64,000 nucleotides of DNA from Guillardia theta CCMP2712 (Eukaryota > Protista > Cryptophyta). Positions 12,360 through 24,818 of the stretch are shown one piece after another. The stretch is taken from positions 15,924 to 79,923 of the forward strand of contig NW_005434597.1 in the NCBI RefSeq assembly GCF_000315625.1. Direction: 5' to 3'. Position 1 is the stretch's first letter; each line of letters starts with the position of its first letter. The position numbers and the translations under genes are program-made. The notes beneath the pieces are model-generated. The model did not search any database. It worked only from the letters and a program-made list of their open reading frames with translations, and was not told the origin of the DNA.

Positions 12360-13400
12360 ATGCTGCGGAGAGGCTTGACGGAGGGCTGGCGAGGGAGGAA
12401 GAGGTGGAGGCTGCGAGAGCTGGTGGAGGAGGTAGGAGATCGTCTCTTTCTGCAAGGCCACGACGAGGAGGGTGCGCCGGCCCTGACGACGCTCAGAGAC
12501 TTCATGCGTGAGAGCCCGGACAGAGTCGGGGAGGCTCAGATCTTTGATCCGGCCTTCGAGGAGGACTGCCCTGAGCTGCTGCTCGACTTCGATGTCCCTC
12601 CTGACTTTGCTGGGCGTAACGATCTCTTCCACCTCCTTGGCCCTCAACGCCCAGACTTTCGTTGGTTCCTCGTGGGTCGGGCAGGGCAGCAAACGCCTTG
12701 GCACGTCGACCCGCTGGGCACCAGCGCATGGCATGCGCTGATGGAGGGAGAGAAGCGGTGGAGGGTTCTGGAACCCAAGGACCTGCATGCTTGGCAAGAG
12801 AGAGTGTTCGAAGCGAAGGAGATGTCCAGTCGCAGACTTGTTGATGAAGCGAAGCAGCAGGGGCATGGTTGGATTGAGATCTTGCAGAGACCCGGGGATG
12901 TGGTAGTGATTCCGAGCAGCTACCCACATGAAGGTTGGTGTCTGCTGTTGCTATACCTTCTATCAGTGACTCGCTTGCGTGCGGGCGCTCAGTCACAAAC
13001 TTGCAAGACTCTGTTGCTATCACGCAGAACTTTGTGAATGAGAGCAATCTTGTGTACGCCTACAGGTAAAGGCGTAAAGCTTTGCGGGTAAAGCCGGGCC
13101 GATCAGCGGTTAGTTGACGTGAGGGTGAGCAGGTTCTTGAAGAGAGCATGTCCAGACAAAGCAGCGAGGTCGAACGCGGAAGACCCACCAACTTGTTGAC
13201 CTGACGGTTTGGGCAGATTCCAAGAGCTTTTGCAACAGCACATGCCAGATCTTTCAACGCTGATACAAGAGAGAGGGTTTCGTGACAGCAGCATGGTGAC
13301 TGCAGGAGGCAAGAGACAAGAGCGTGAGAACTCACATCTCAAAGAATACACTTGAAAGATACAGCTAGAATACACTCGGCGAGGTCAGTTGAAGCTACCT
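12360..13400 (+). CDS. JmjC-domain 2-oxoglutarate/Fe(II) oxygenase, JMJD6/JMJD4-like (3' end approximate)
   Basis: FRWFLVGRAGQQTPWHVDPLGTSAWHALMEGEKRW, LQRPGDVVVIPSSYPHE and, after an intron, NLQDSVAITQNFV. HxD...H iron ligands are intact. Confidence 0.85.
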
Positions 13401-13404
13401 GATT

Positions 13405-15563
13405 CTAAAGCCGACACGCCATTTTCATATGCAACCAGCAGATTGATGGCGGCTGAAAGGATTTGATCAGGACCAAGACACCGTGAGGAGAGAACGTACT
13501 GGATATCGTTGAGTTCAGTTGCTTCTCGATCGATCCTCTCTCGACGTCGCCCTGGTTCTTCAGGTCTTCGAGTTCAGCCCGGGATTCCTGGAGCGATGAC
13601 GTCACGGCACAAGCAGCTGTGCGGCGGGAACCTTCCTGGATCATCTCATGCAACTTGGCGGAGAGACTCTCTGCCTGTGATCTTGCTCTGCAACACCGTC
13701 AGGCCGTTGCCGACGTGCGTGACGCGTCTTACTTGACCAGCGCCGCCGACACCGAAGAATTGGTTCTTTGAAACTGAGCTTGGAGATCCTTCCTGTGCCA
13801 ACAACGTGTGAGTCTGACCACAAGGCATCGATCGAAAGGAACCAACCAGCGACTGTCAAACTGTAATGAGGCCGTCGCGTTGAATTCTTGAGAGCTCTTC
13901 TCCACTGCTGTTATCTTTCTGATGAAATCGAGGGATCAACGAATGCACACAGCCATCTGTCTCGTACCCCCGCAGCTCATTGACGATGTCGTCTTCATGA
14001 TGTTTCATCTCTCTGTTTTCATTCACAGCATCTTGCATAGATTTCTGCATTCCGGTCAGAAAAACATCAGTCCTCTCGACAGCAACCATGGATTTCGAAG
14101 TCCATTCGTTTTGTTGGTTCTTGACGTAGTCAACCTTGAGACATGACATAAGGGCAAGGCCGCGACTTTACTTGCAAACCTTGTTTGACAAGTCCTTGAG
14201 CTCTTTGGCTCCCGCGTCCCGATCTTCGTCAATCTGCTGTCTGTCGCCAAGCATCAGGATAAAATACGGTCGCCAAGCAATAACATGTGAGCCCAACCTC
14301 AATCGCTCTTCTTCAGTGTCCCTGCTCTCCTTCAGCTCATTAAGAAGTGACGATACGCTCTGAGTGTCTGTTGAGACCTAGACACGAATCTAAGCCAATC
14401 TTCACGAAAGAGTGCGTTCAGTTACATTCGAATTCAAATCATGAATCTGCAGCTGCAACAAGGCGCGATCAGGATAGCTATGAAAGTTGATAAAGGAGCA
14501 ACCTGAAGCTGAGAAGTGGATAGCTCCAATTGACGGCGTATGAGGTCTAGACTGCTCGACACATGCTTAGCTGTTGATGTGTAGTTGCCTTCCAGCGCCT
14601 TAATTCGATTCCGCATGTTCATCAACTTCATCTTGGACTCGCGGAACTCCTGCTGCAAGCTCAAGAACTTCTTGTCATCATTGCGCTTGACGTCTATCAG
14701 CGATGCATTGAGACTATCGATGCCTCCCAGAATTTGGTCCTCTTTCATGTCAAGTTCTCGTTTGACTTGGTGGATCTTGTTCCGGATCTTAGAATGAGAA
14801 CCGACGATCTGCTCGCTTTGCTCCTTAGCATCGTGAATGATCTTGTCAAAAGCCTGAGCCTCTTTAGCCTCATCTCCTTCATCCTTGTTCTTTGCAGCAT
14901 CTATATTCTGCAGTTCGCGTTCCATCAAATTTCTTGTCAGCTCCTTCAATCTCATCCTCAGTTTCTTTCGTATCGCAAGCACAGCTGCGAGCTGATCGGA
15001 GAGCGAAGATTTCGTGGTCTCTGCATACTTTGACAGTCTTGTGTCTACAAGTTTCAGAGCCAGAGATGTTCGAGCTAGTTTGCTGTTCAACGACAGGGAA
15101 CGGCAGGAGAACAAAAGTACCTATTGCCTTGCTGATGGAACGTTGGAACGTCTGAGATAACCTCCTGTCGTCTTTCAAGTGACGCGCTGCCTCTCTATCA
15201 ACAGACTTGGAAAGTCTAGCAAGCATCCTGCGGATATGCCGCTTCTCTTCGTTCAGTGTCGACTGTATCTCCATCCCCTTCTCGCTCTCCCTAAGTAAAA
15301 GATCACACCGGAGCTACCAGGAATAACAAGCTTGATAGGAGCAAGCAACACCTTGTAGCAACAGCTCGGATGCCTTGCCACTCCTCCTTGTCCCTTGAGC
15401 TCAGAGCTGCCAATCTCCTCTCGAGCCGCTCGAAGTTGAGCTGAAGCGACGCTGAGCCATAGAGGACACTGCCGTTCTCCTGCTTGTTAAGACACCTCAC
15501 AATCAAGATGGCTGCGAGACAGCCTAGCATGCAGGCAACTGGCAGGCGCCATGTCTGAGCCAT
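13405..15563 (-). CDS. Coiled-coil protein with N-terminal signal/transmembrane anchor (multi-exon)
   Basis: MAQTWRLPVACMLGCLAAILIV leader followed by successive same-strand coiled-coil ORFs split by short introns. Confidence 0.6.
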
Positions 15564-16234
15564 GCGCGACTCGGGGTCAAACTTGCCTTGCCTGGACCTC
15601 TCTCCCTCTCATCTCGCGCTCCCTTCCAGCATCTCGCTAATTCCGGAACAGTGGCTGGCAAAATTTGAGAAGCTCCGGGCCAGCTAGGTAGCTGACAACC
15701 TTTGCACTTCTGAGGCGGATCCACCGACAGTCATGGACGCGGCCGTTACAGAGGCGTTGCAGGAGCCGTTGGATATGCAGACAGTGGGGGGATGAGGGTC
15801 ACCCGTCATGAAGGGTTGCGGCAGCAGGGCCAAGGGGAGGGAGGGGAGGAGGAGAGAATGCAGAGGCGAGAAAAGAGAAGAGGAGAGAAGAGAGATCAAA
15901 GCTGAAGAGAAGAACTTTGCCGACACCAAAGAAAATTCAAAGATAGCACTAGAGGAAAATTCCAGAAGATTTGTCAACGACGAAGTTGGGACAAAATAGA
16001 GCAGCAGGATGAAAAGAAGATCGGCGAGAAGTGAATGACGGGAAAAGGCAAAAAAACTAGTAGAGCATTGAGGATTTAGGTTGCTGATCCGAATAATATT
16101 GATACAAAAGATCGGTGTACTCGAGAAAGAAATTACTGCCGTACAACAAAGTTTAATGGAACCGTGTCGACGTGTTCAAAACCAATGTAACAACCAATCT
16201 CAATGTTGAGGTCTCATTGCTGGGTGGTTTCAGG

Positions 16235-16486
16235 ATGTTCGGCAAGTTGCATTCGAAGGACCCGTATCAGGCAGAGTTGAACCATCTGTCAGTAGACGCT
16301 CTCTCCATCGGAGATCTTCCTCCAGGCAAGCTACTCCTCATCTTCCTCTGACGCCTCATGACTTGTGCAGGAATGAAACTCGGCGGCGGCTCGAAGCTTC
16401 ATTTTGATTCTCGTTCCCCCTCATGGAACCCTGACCGCCTTGGCTTCAACATGCAGAGTGCTGGCCCTCCTCTCGGAGTCGTTTGA
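16235..16486 (+). CDS. Small spliced ORF or last exons of a gene missing from the ORF track (68 aa from the ATG)
   Basis: Removing the 45-nt GC-AG intron 16326-16370 (GCAAG donor, CTGAC branch-like motif, TGCAG acceptor) joins MFGKLHSKDPYQAELNHLSVDALSIGDLPP in frame to GMKLGGGSK...PLGVV*. Confidence 0.45.
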
Positions 16487-16633
16487 ATGTGCCAGGGACA
16501 ATCAGAATGTTGGCCACGATGTTTTTTCTGTTTCTGCATCTTCAGTTTGCTCTGTGAACGTTCGTTGGCTCTATGGACATTCATCATTGTATGTTTGAAG
16601 GAAATGTGATAATTTCGATGTGTTTCTATGCCC

Positions 16634-19600
16634 TCAAGCGCTCATCTCGTTCTTACTGATCGGCGTGTAGAGCTCTACTTGCATGCTCGACGCGACGGCC
16701 AGCACACAACTGCGAGGGTCACCGTAAGCAGAGGGTGCAAGCAGTCTCTTTCACCTCCTGTCGTCCTCATAGCTCACGATCGCTGTTCCTGCGCTTTCTG
16801 CCAGCCCGCGGCTGACAGCAGCCCCTGCGACGTGTTGGGAGAGCGAGATGGAGGGTGAGGAGACGGTCACCTGAGGAGACGTCGTAGATGGAGATGACAT
16901 CTAAAAATTGGGCTGAGTGTTGGCATCCTTGACCTCCCCTCTTTACCTGTCTTCTCCCCCGTGGTCACCACGTACTTTCCCTCATGCAGGAAGCTGGCTC
17001 GGTGCATCCCCTTCACGCGCGCTTCTCTCGGGACGAGATGGTGACCCACCTGCCTGACGGTCACGTGATCACCTTGCTCCACAAGCTACAGACAAGCGAG
17101 TGAAGACAGACGTCGACCCTTCTCGTGTCCCAGATCTTGAGATCCTGCCAACCCGTCACGGCGTTTTTCTCTCTCCTATTCTCTCAGCTCACAGCGTCGA
17201 AGCTAGAGGACAGCAGCAGAAACTCGTTGGTCGGGCTCCACCTGCGCCCAGTCTCAGAGAAGTTTCATTCGACCTTCTAGCTTACTGCACGAAGTTGACG
17301 CAGCTTCTGGCCGCTGATTCGACGCGTAGGGAAGGGGAGCGGGAGCGGAGGTCGGAAACCTGGATGGCCTGGGCGAGGGTGACAGGAAGAAGACAAGCCA
17401 GGCACCAACATAGTCGTTGCCGCTCGATGCGAGGATAGTTCCCTCCTGTATCTGTTATGAGCCTCGACAGGGCAGGGATCGTTACACGCACAGCTTGCAT
17501 GCCATGGAGAGCTTGAAACCTCACGCACTTGATCACTTGCCCCTGCTGCCTTTCACTTGCCCAGCCCTCTAGTCCATCAGCTTCACCTCATGCAGCCCTA
17601 CAAGTGTCCTCTGCGAGCTCAACTGAGAGTCGACGATCTGAGGGAAGGACATGAGCTCGTGCGGCTGGAGGGTCGACTACCTGTGATATGACGATGTTGC
17701 CGTCCTTCCCTGCACTCCCGATCGTTCCTCCTACCTCATGAAGGCTGAAAATGCCTCCGTCATGCGCCGCAAGCGATGCAACCTGCCCAATTTGTGAACG
17801 ACCAGCAACTGCCAGCAACTGCCAGCAACTGCTAACGTTTCAACCTGCTTGGGTAACATTCGCTTGCCAGATGAAGCTGAGAGGTTGAGATCCCAGACGG
17901 TGATCTAGGTGAAACCATTGGGAGGTATCGGAGCAGCTCAGAGCTTACCGCCTTGTCATTAGACGCTGTTAGCAAGAGGTTTTGGTCTTCCTGCTGGTAG
18001 GACAAGAACTGCAGAACCATGAGGCAGTTTCTATCAGGGGCGGAATTTGCCTGAATCTCTCCTATCCATCCTGAGTGAGCTCGCCAGGAGATGAGGCTCG
18101 AGTCGCCACATTCTTCCCCTGTCCGAGACCGTCGACATGTCAGGCTTGCACATACAGGTGGGAGAAATGAGGACCTCCAACTCCGAAGATTCCAGCATAT
18201 CCTCCATGACCCGCAGCAGCGAGGAGAGCGCCTCCTTTCCGGAACGACATGGTGTAGATGCGCTTCAGGTTCGAGTCGTTGTACACCTGCGAGGGGAATG
18301 TCAATGTCGGACAAGATCAGGCAAGAGAGCCAACCGCATTTTCTATGGGTGCGATCCCTCCAATCCCCTCGCTCAGGTCTTGCTTGGCGGCTCTTGTACT
18401 TACAGTCTTGCAGGTATACCTGCCGTCCATCAATGCCAGTCGTTGCCTTGAAGTGTCGAGACCTTCTCACGCTAGAATCGTCGAAGTCTAAAGCGAATTG
18501 AGAAAACCCTGCTGTCTCGTCCTCTCGCTCGTTGTCACACGCTTGAGGGTCCCGACGAGTTCTTGAGGACAAGTTCTCGATCTTCGATGAGGTCACAAAC
18601 ACGAATGCGGCAGACAAGTCCTCACTTCTTCTTTCACTCTGCTTATCCGCTCTTGTGCGCTTTCGATCGCAGCTGCATCACCTGATGTTAGAAGGGACTC
18701 CAAGGCTTGTTCCAACGAGTTCAACTCTTGCAGCTTCAGTGGCACTCAGATCAGCCGCAACACAACTCACGAGCCATCACATGCACCTTGGTCTGCATCT
18801 CCTCGCAGGCTGCTCCCGACCTGGTGCTTCGTCGCAGAGGAGCAGCTGCCGGGCTCTCATCTGCACGTCTATCGAGCGGCTCAACTTAAACGACAGAATT
18901 CAATGTCAGTCTTACCGGCTGATTCGTCGGGGCTTCGCTGGCGCTTTTGGTTCTTCGGCAGTGTTGACTAACGACTCGATACCGAGGTTCATCAGGAACG
19001 ATTTGTTTCGATTGATGTTCTCAAGACGAGCCTTCTCGTACTCCGACATCTCAAACTTCTCCGGCTCTCTCGCAGCATGGGAAGAGGACTTCGACTTGCT
19101 GATGGAGGAGGTGGCCTTATCATCTTCTCTGTGCAAGGCTACAGAAGCCTCTGCCGATTCGAGAGCATCACTCAGGATCTGATTGAATTGATCCTCGCTC
19201 TTGAGCTTCCACGACAGCATCCTGCTTCTACTCATGTCTTGATGAGCTACACTCGACTCAACTTCGCCTTCATTGCCTCCCTCGCGCTTCGACGCTCTTG
19301 ACTTGCTCTGACTGTGATTACCAACAGACTTGCTTTGAAGCTTTCGGACTTGTGCAGGAGTCTTGACAGTCTTGCTGCTCGTCGGTCTCTTCTGCTGCTC
19401 TTCTCCTAGGTGATGCGCCGCTCTCCCTCCCTCGGTGTATCGAAGGCCTTGTAGGGCTTTTTCAAGGGCTGCAGGGTTATGGGAGGCTCGAGGCTTCTTG
19501 GCTGGTTGGCCGACATGCTCACTGTCATCGGAGTCAGCTTCATCCTTCAAGTCTGCCTCATCCTTCAAGCTCGACAGCCGTTGCCTGGCTTGCATGGAAG

Positions 19601-19871
19601 CTCTTCGACCTGACGCTCTGAGGCTGGGCCTTGTCGATGACTGGGAGGTGGGATCTTCTTCTTCTTGCACCTGTGTGCTGACAACCAATGTAGCATGCTC
19701 ACAGGTAGCAAGCCTCGGTTCTTGGCGATTGAAGCTATTCTCTTGCAGGCCCCGGTTTCTCTTGACAACTGTTGCCGGAGTCTCTGTCTTGGAGGTCGCA
19801 GGTTCACTGCAACTCCTCGGACTCTCCGCCCTCTTGAAGAAGCTTGTGATCGACGCTTGTTCGCTCCTCAT
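16634..19871 (-). CDS. WD40-repeat protein, WDR76/CMR1-like (multi-exon)
   Basis: A disordered N-terminus, then MSEYEKARLENINRNKSFLMNLGI (typical of WDR76/Cmr1 N-termini). WD repeats follow: AHSGWIGEIQ, LLLTASNDKAV, AHDGGIFSL...GSAGKDGNIVI. Confidence 0.7.
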
Positions 19872-20189
19872 GCTGCCTGCATCCAATCGACGGCTCATTC
19901 GCCTGGAGCTCAAGTGTCAACAACGGGAGGGTATGCTATCGCTTTGTTGGCTCGGGCACGGCACAGTTTTTCTCTTCTTGGCGCAGCATCTTCTTTCGCC
20001 TCTCATCGCATGCTCACGCTTACCTCTACTCCCCCATGCTCTCTCTCCCCCTCCTCTCCTCCCTCCATTCTTCACTCCTTCCCTCTCTTCCGCATTTTTC
20101 CCGCCAAGGCCCGTCCTGAGGTGAGCTTGACAACAACCGTTAAAAGTCTATTAACTGACCTTCAATGCTTGCTTCCCCTCGCCCACCAT

Positions 20190-20725
<536 letters not shown>

Positions 20726-20960
20726 TTCCCCCCGCCCCGCCCCTGCATGCCCCGTCACTCCCTCTGCCTCTTCTTCCCCCTGCTCTGCTCTGCCTCCTCT
20801 TCCTCCTTCTCCTCCTACTGTTACTCTGCTGTCCTGCGCTTCCTGCCTGTCTACCTTCCTCTCCCTCTCCCTCTCTCTCTCCCTCTCTATCCACCTCACA
20901 GCGTGTAATATCTCATGGTGTAACTCGTGTCTCCTCAGCTTCCTCGGCTGCATCGCCCGC

Positions 20961-21778
20961 ATGGTCGAAGTTCTCACAGACGCTCATCGCGGAGAGCTGC
21001 AGCAGGTGACGTCTACAGGGTGTCACCGAGCTTAACCCCTCCACTGCCTGCAGATCTTCGAGCGCTTTGACTCGTCGAGCAGAGGTTTCTTGGACGTCAG
21101 GGAGCTCAATGCCTGCTTCAGGTGAGGCGGACGGGCGTCGCTGGCGAGCTGACGCGCTAGTCTCGCCCAGGAGCTTTGGGTGTGTGTACACAGAAGCAGA
21201 TCTACAAGAGATGATGAACGAGGTGGGGGGGAAGGTCGACTTCCTGCAGTTCTGCCACGTGAGTTGAACCAAACGCGATCAAGGAGGCTGAGAAGAAGCA
21301 GATGATGACGAAGAAGATGAAAGATTGCGATGTGGTGGCAGAAATCAAGCTGGTTGACCATTCACCTCACCTCTCCTTTCCTCCCTCCCCTCTCCTCCCC
21401 TCCCTACATCGAGACTCCCTCCTCGTGTCTCTGGATCCCCACTCTCCCTCTCTCTTCTCGTACCTCCTGGTCTGCTTGTCTGCCTGCTGACGCTGGTGGT
21501 CTCAGGCTTTCACGCAGCTGGATGAGGACGGGGACCTGAACATCAATCGCTCCGAGCTGCGGGCGGTGAGGCAACGCCGCGGGGGAGACTGAGAGTGACG
21601 GGGAGCAGGTGCTGGAGAAGCTGACGGATGGTCGAGTGCGGGCGGAGGAGGTGGACGAGTATATGCTGGAGGCAGAGAAGAAGAGGAGAGGGAGAGGAGG
21701 ATGACTCAACCGCAGGCTGACGTGGATGGTGACGGCAAGATCTCACAGCTGGATTTCATCAACTTCTTGACAACATGA
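20961..21778 (+). CDS. Calmodulin-like EF-hand protein (7 exons)
   Basis: Spliced: MVEVLTDAHRGELQQ|IFERFDSSSRGFLDVRELNACFR|SFGCVYTEADLQEMMNEVGGKVDFLQFCH|MMTKKMKDCDVVAEIKL|AFTQLDEDGDLNINRSELRA|VLEKLTDGRVRAEEVDEYMLE|ADVDGDGKISQLDFINFLTT*. Confidence 0.9.
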
Positions 21779-21873
21779 TGTACCTTACTCCAATACTCTC
21801 AGTCCTCCCTGCCTCTTCTGCTCCCCTTTGCCTGTCCTACCTGCATCTGCTCTCGCTCAGCTACACGCTGTAT

Positions 21874-23744
21874 TCATGCGCCATGTCCTTGACAAGGTGG
21901 GAGGAACGTGGTCTCAAGTCTTGTCGCATGCTCAACTCTGTGGTGGCTCATCACCTCGCTCGCATCAAGGAGCAACTCACCCAACTCAAGGTCAGCAGCA
22001 GCGTTCTTCACTTCCTCCGCCTGCTCGTAAGATAAGAAGAAACGACGGGAGAGGAGTGTCTGCCTGCTCTTGAAGATAGACCTCGAGACGCCTGCACTCC
22101 TCCTCTCGTATGCTCACAGCCTGCAAAGATGCTGAGAGGTGCTCCTGTTACCACAAGCTCCTCCAAGCTTCACCGCCTCTCGCTTCCTCAGCCCCTCCTC
22201 CCTCTCCCGCATCGCCTCCTGAAAGTCTCCTCCACGCATGCTCGACAGCTTCGCCTGCTTCATCATCACTACCCGACCTCCCGACGTGTTGCAGTCACCT
22301 GAATGCCGCGATGGAGGAAGGGAGAGAGTTGATGCATGAGCTCGTTCTCTCGCTCCTCCGCTCCCTGCAATGAGTCACCAGCTCACCCGCAGTCTCTGCT
22401 GGTGTGCCTGCAGCCTCCCGCGCAGGTTTCGGAGCTCTTCGTTGAGCCGCGAGATCTCCTGGCGAGTCGTCAGTTGAAGTGCACGAGGAAGCAGTGTAGC
22501 ACCCGACGATCTTCGACTTGTGCCCTCGTCAAGCTCACGACTTCCTCAAGCTGTTGCTCAGCCTGCTGCTATCAGGGGCGTGAGCAGTTCGAAAAGGAGC
22601 ACCTGCTTGCGTGCGGAAGCAAGGCTGTCTTGTAGGATGGAAGTTTCTTTGGTGTTGCTGCCGCGCCATCGTTTCAAGGTGCCAAGAGAAGCAGCAAGAG
22701 AAGCTCCTGACGTACCGGAGAGCCAGGCGCTGATTGAGAGCGGCGATCTCGAGGTTCAGTCGCTCGATCTCTTTGTCCTTTTCTCGCATCAGGTCTCGAA
22801 GCTTCGCGTCCTTGTCTCTCAGCATCTGCTTGAGATTTCAGTGCAGAGGTGACTGCTGGAGCCCTGCTTTCATCACCTGCTGGCTCTGCTCCACCTTGTC
22901 GCAGTTGACCTGCACCTGAGGGAAATTTTGAGGACGGAGGAGGAATGACTGAAGAGACTTGTTAGACCAGCGAAGCATTCTGTTGGAGCAAGCGATGCAG
23001 TCGCTCAATCTCTTGCACGTTATCCTTGTCCATGGTCAAGAGCCCTGCTGACGATGAGCTGGAGGAGAAAGCGATGCAAGAGGAAGGGAGGGAAGAAGTG
23101 AGAGGCGATTCACTCACGATCAAGTTGAGCCTCCAGATCAGAAACTTTCTGTTTGTGCAAGAACTCTTTTTCTTTCCTTCTGCAAGCTGAGTCAGGCTCG
23201 TTAGAGACACGCACACTCTCTCACTCTCGCAACTCTTCGAGCGCTTGACGAAGGTCCTTCTGCGCTTGTGCAGCCATGCTCTCATGCGGTTTCAGCCTGG
23301 GCAACAGGATCAGAAGCAGCGCTTGAGTCTCAGCCAGCACCGTTGGATCTCGTTCACGGCCTTACTCAACAGCTCACGAAACCGCTCCACCTGATCACTT
23401 GCAATCGAGTCTTCAACCACCTGTTCTTTCACCCCCGGAGCCTCTCCAACACGCAGAAACATCTGGCATGTTCTTTGGACAAGCAGCCTTCCGAGATCAC
23501 TTTGAGACGAGACGTGGAGGGTAGCACGTGGTAGCTTTGAGTCCTCAACAAAAGTCACTCTCTTAGTTTCAACTGACCGTGCGCGATGAGCTTGAGAGTG
23601 AAGCTCTTCAAGGGAGACGTTGGTATCATTAGCGTCGAGGTTCCCTCCATCTCCAACAAACTTCTCCCGCAGGATGTCTCGTGCCAATCGTTCTATCACG
23701 CGGTTGGGTGGATACCTCTCTTGCGGTATCCATGTCGCCGACAT
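21874..23744 (-). CDS. Coiled-coil protein (multi-exon, ends approximate)
   Basis: Same-strand exons such as MLRDKDAKLRDLMREKDKEIERLNLEIAALNQRL, separated by short introns. Confidence 0.55.
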
Positions 23745-24544
23745 GCTGCTGATAGTCTCGACGCTCTTAGGGCGGCATCTGTCATGTCAAATAATGTGTC
23801 AACCTTTAACTGATCGTTCAACCGCTCAGTCAGTCATGCTGCCTCAAAGCATCGGGAAACCGTGATAGTCCCTCCCCTTCCGAGTTCCAAGTCTCCTCTA
23901 GCTCAGTCAAGTTTCTGAAGTCACACAGGCTAGGCTCTAACGTGCTGAACTTCTGCCTTCTCTATCCCTGTGTCTCGGGCTGACCGGCTTCTCCCTCCCA
24001 AAGGGTCCGACGGTCTTCTTCCCTCAGCGTCCTTGTCCCTCTCCCTCCCTCTCTCTTCGACGAGACTCTCTCCCCTCTGAATCTCGCTGACTGATCTCCT
24101 CTCATTCAAGGCCTCTTGTCCCTTTCGCTGTTCGCATCCGCCCCCCTCACTTGCCCCCAGCCGCATGGGCCGAGCGGCCATCGGGTCTTGTCAAAAACTT
24201 AGGTTTCAAATGATTTTGTGAAAATCTCTTACAAAATTTCAAACTTGTCCCAAACAGATTTTGCCATGTTGATTTTCAAGCTCACCTCAGTCTATTTGAA
24301 TAGGAAACAGGCAAGGCAGCGCTCTACATCTACCTTTCACTTACTCACTTGTCTGGCCTGCCCCAGGTCCATCCAAGGATACGAGCATGTCCCCCAGATT
24401 TGAGTCCGGAGGCCCCGGAGAGCTATAAGGGCAAGGGGTGGGTACTCGACTAAAAGAAAATCGATGAGCGGGGGTGGGGTAGTGTCTCGGATATGCATAT
24501 CATTTCAGTGAGATGGTGAGGGTACGAACAAGGCGAGATGTCAA

Positions 24545-24606
24545 GGAGGAGGAGGAGGAGGAGGAGGAGGAGGAGGAGCAGCAGCAGCAGCAGCAGCAGG
24601 AGCAGG
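24545..24606. repeat. (GAG)n(CAG)n compound microsatellite
   Basis: Directly visible. Confidence 0.9.
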
Positions 24607-24818
24607 AGAAGAGAGAAGAAGGAGAGGAAATCGAGCATGACAAGTAGCGGGTGAGTGGAACCAGTGAGGAACCTATGAGAAGCGAGATTGAAACAAAAAG
24701 AACAACCCATTAACCCTGCATCCCATCCATTCTCTGCAAACAGAATGGCGAAGAACAATAGATCAAGAAGACACGAGTGAGGGTTGACTTGGTGTGCAGG
24801 CTTCCTACTGACTCGCTC

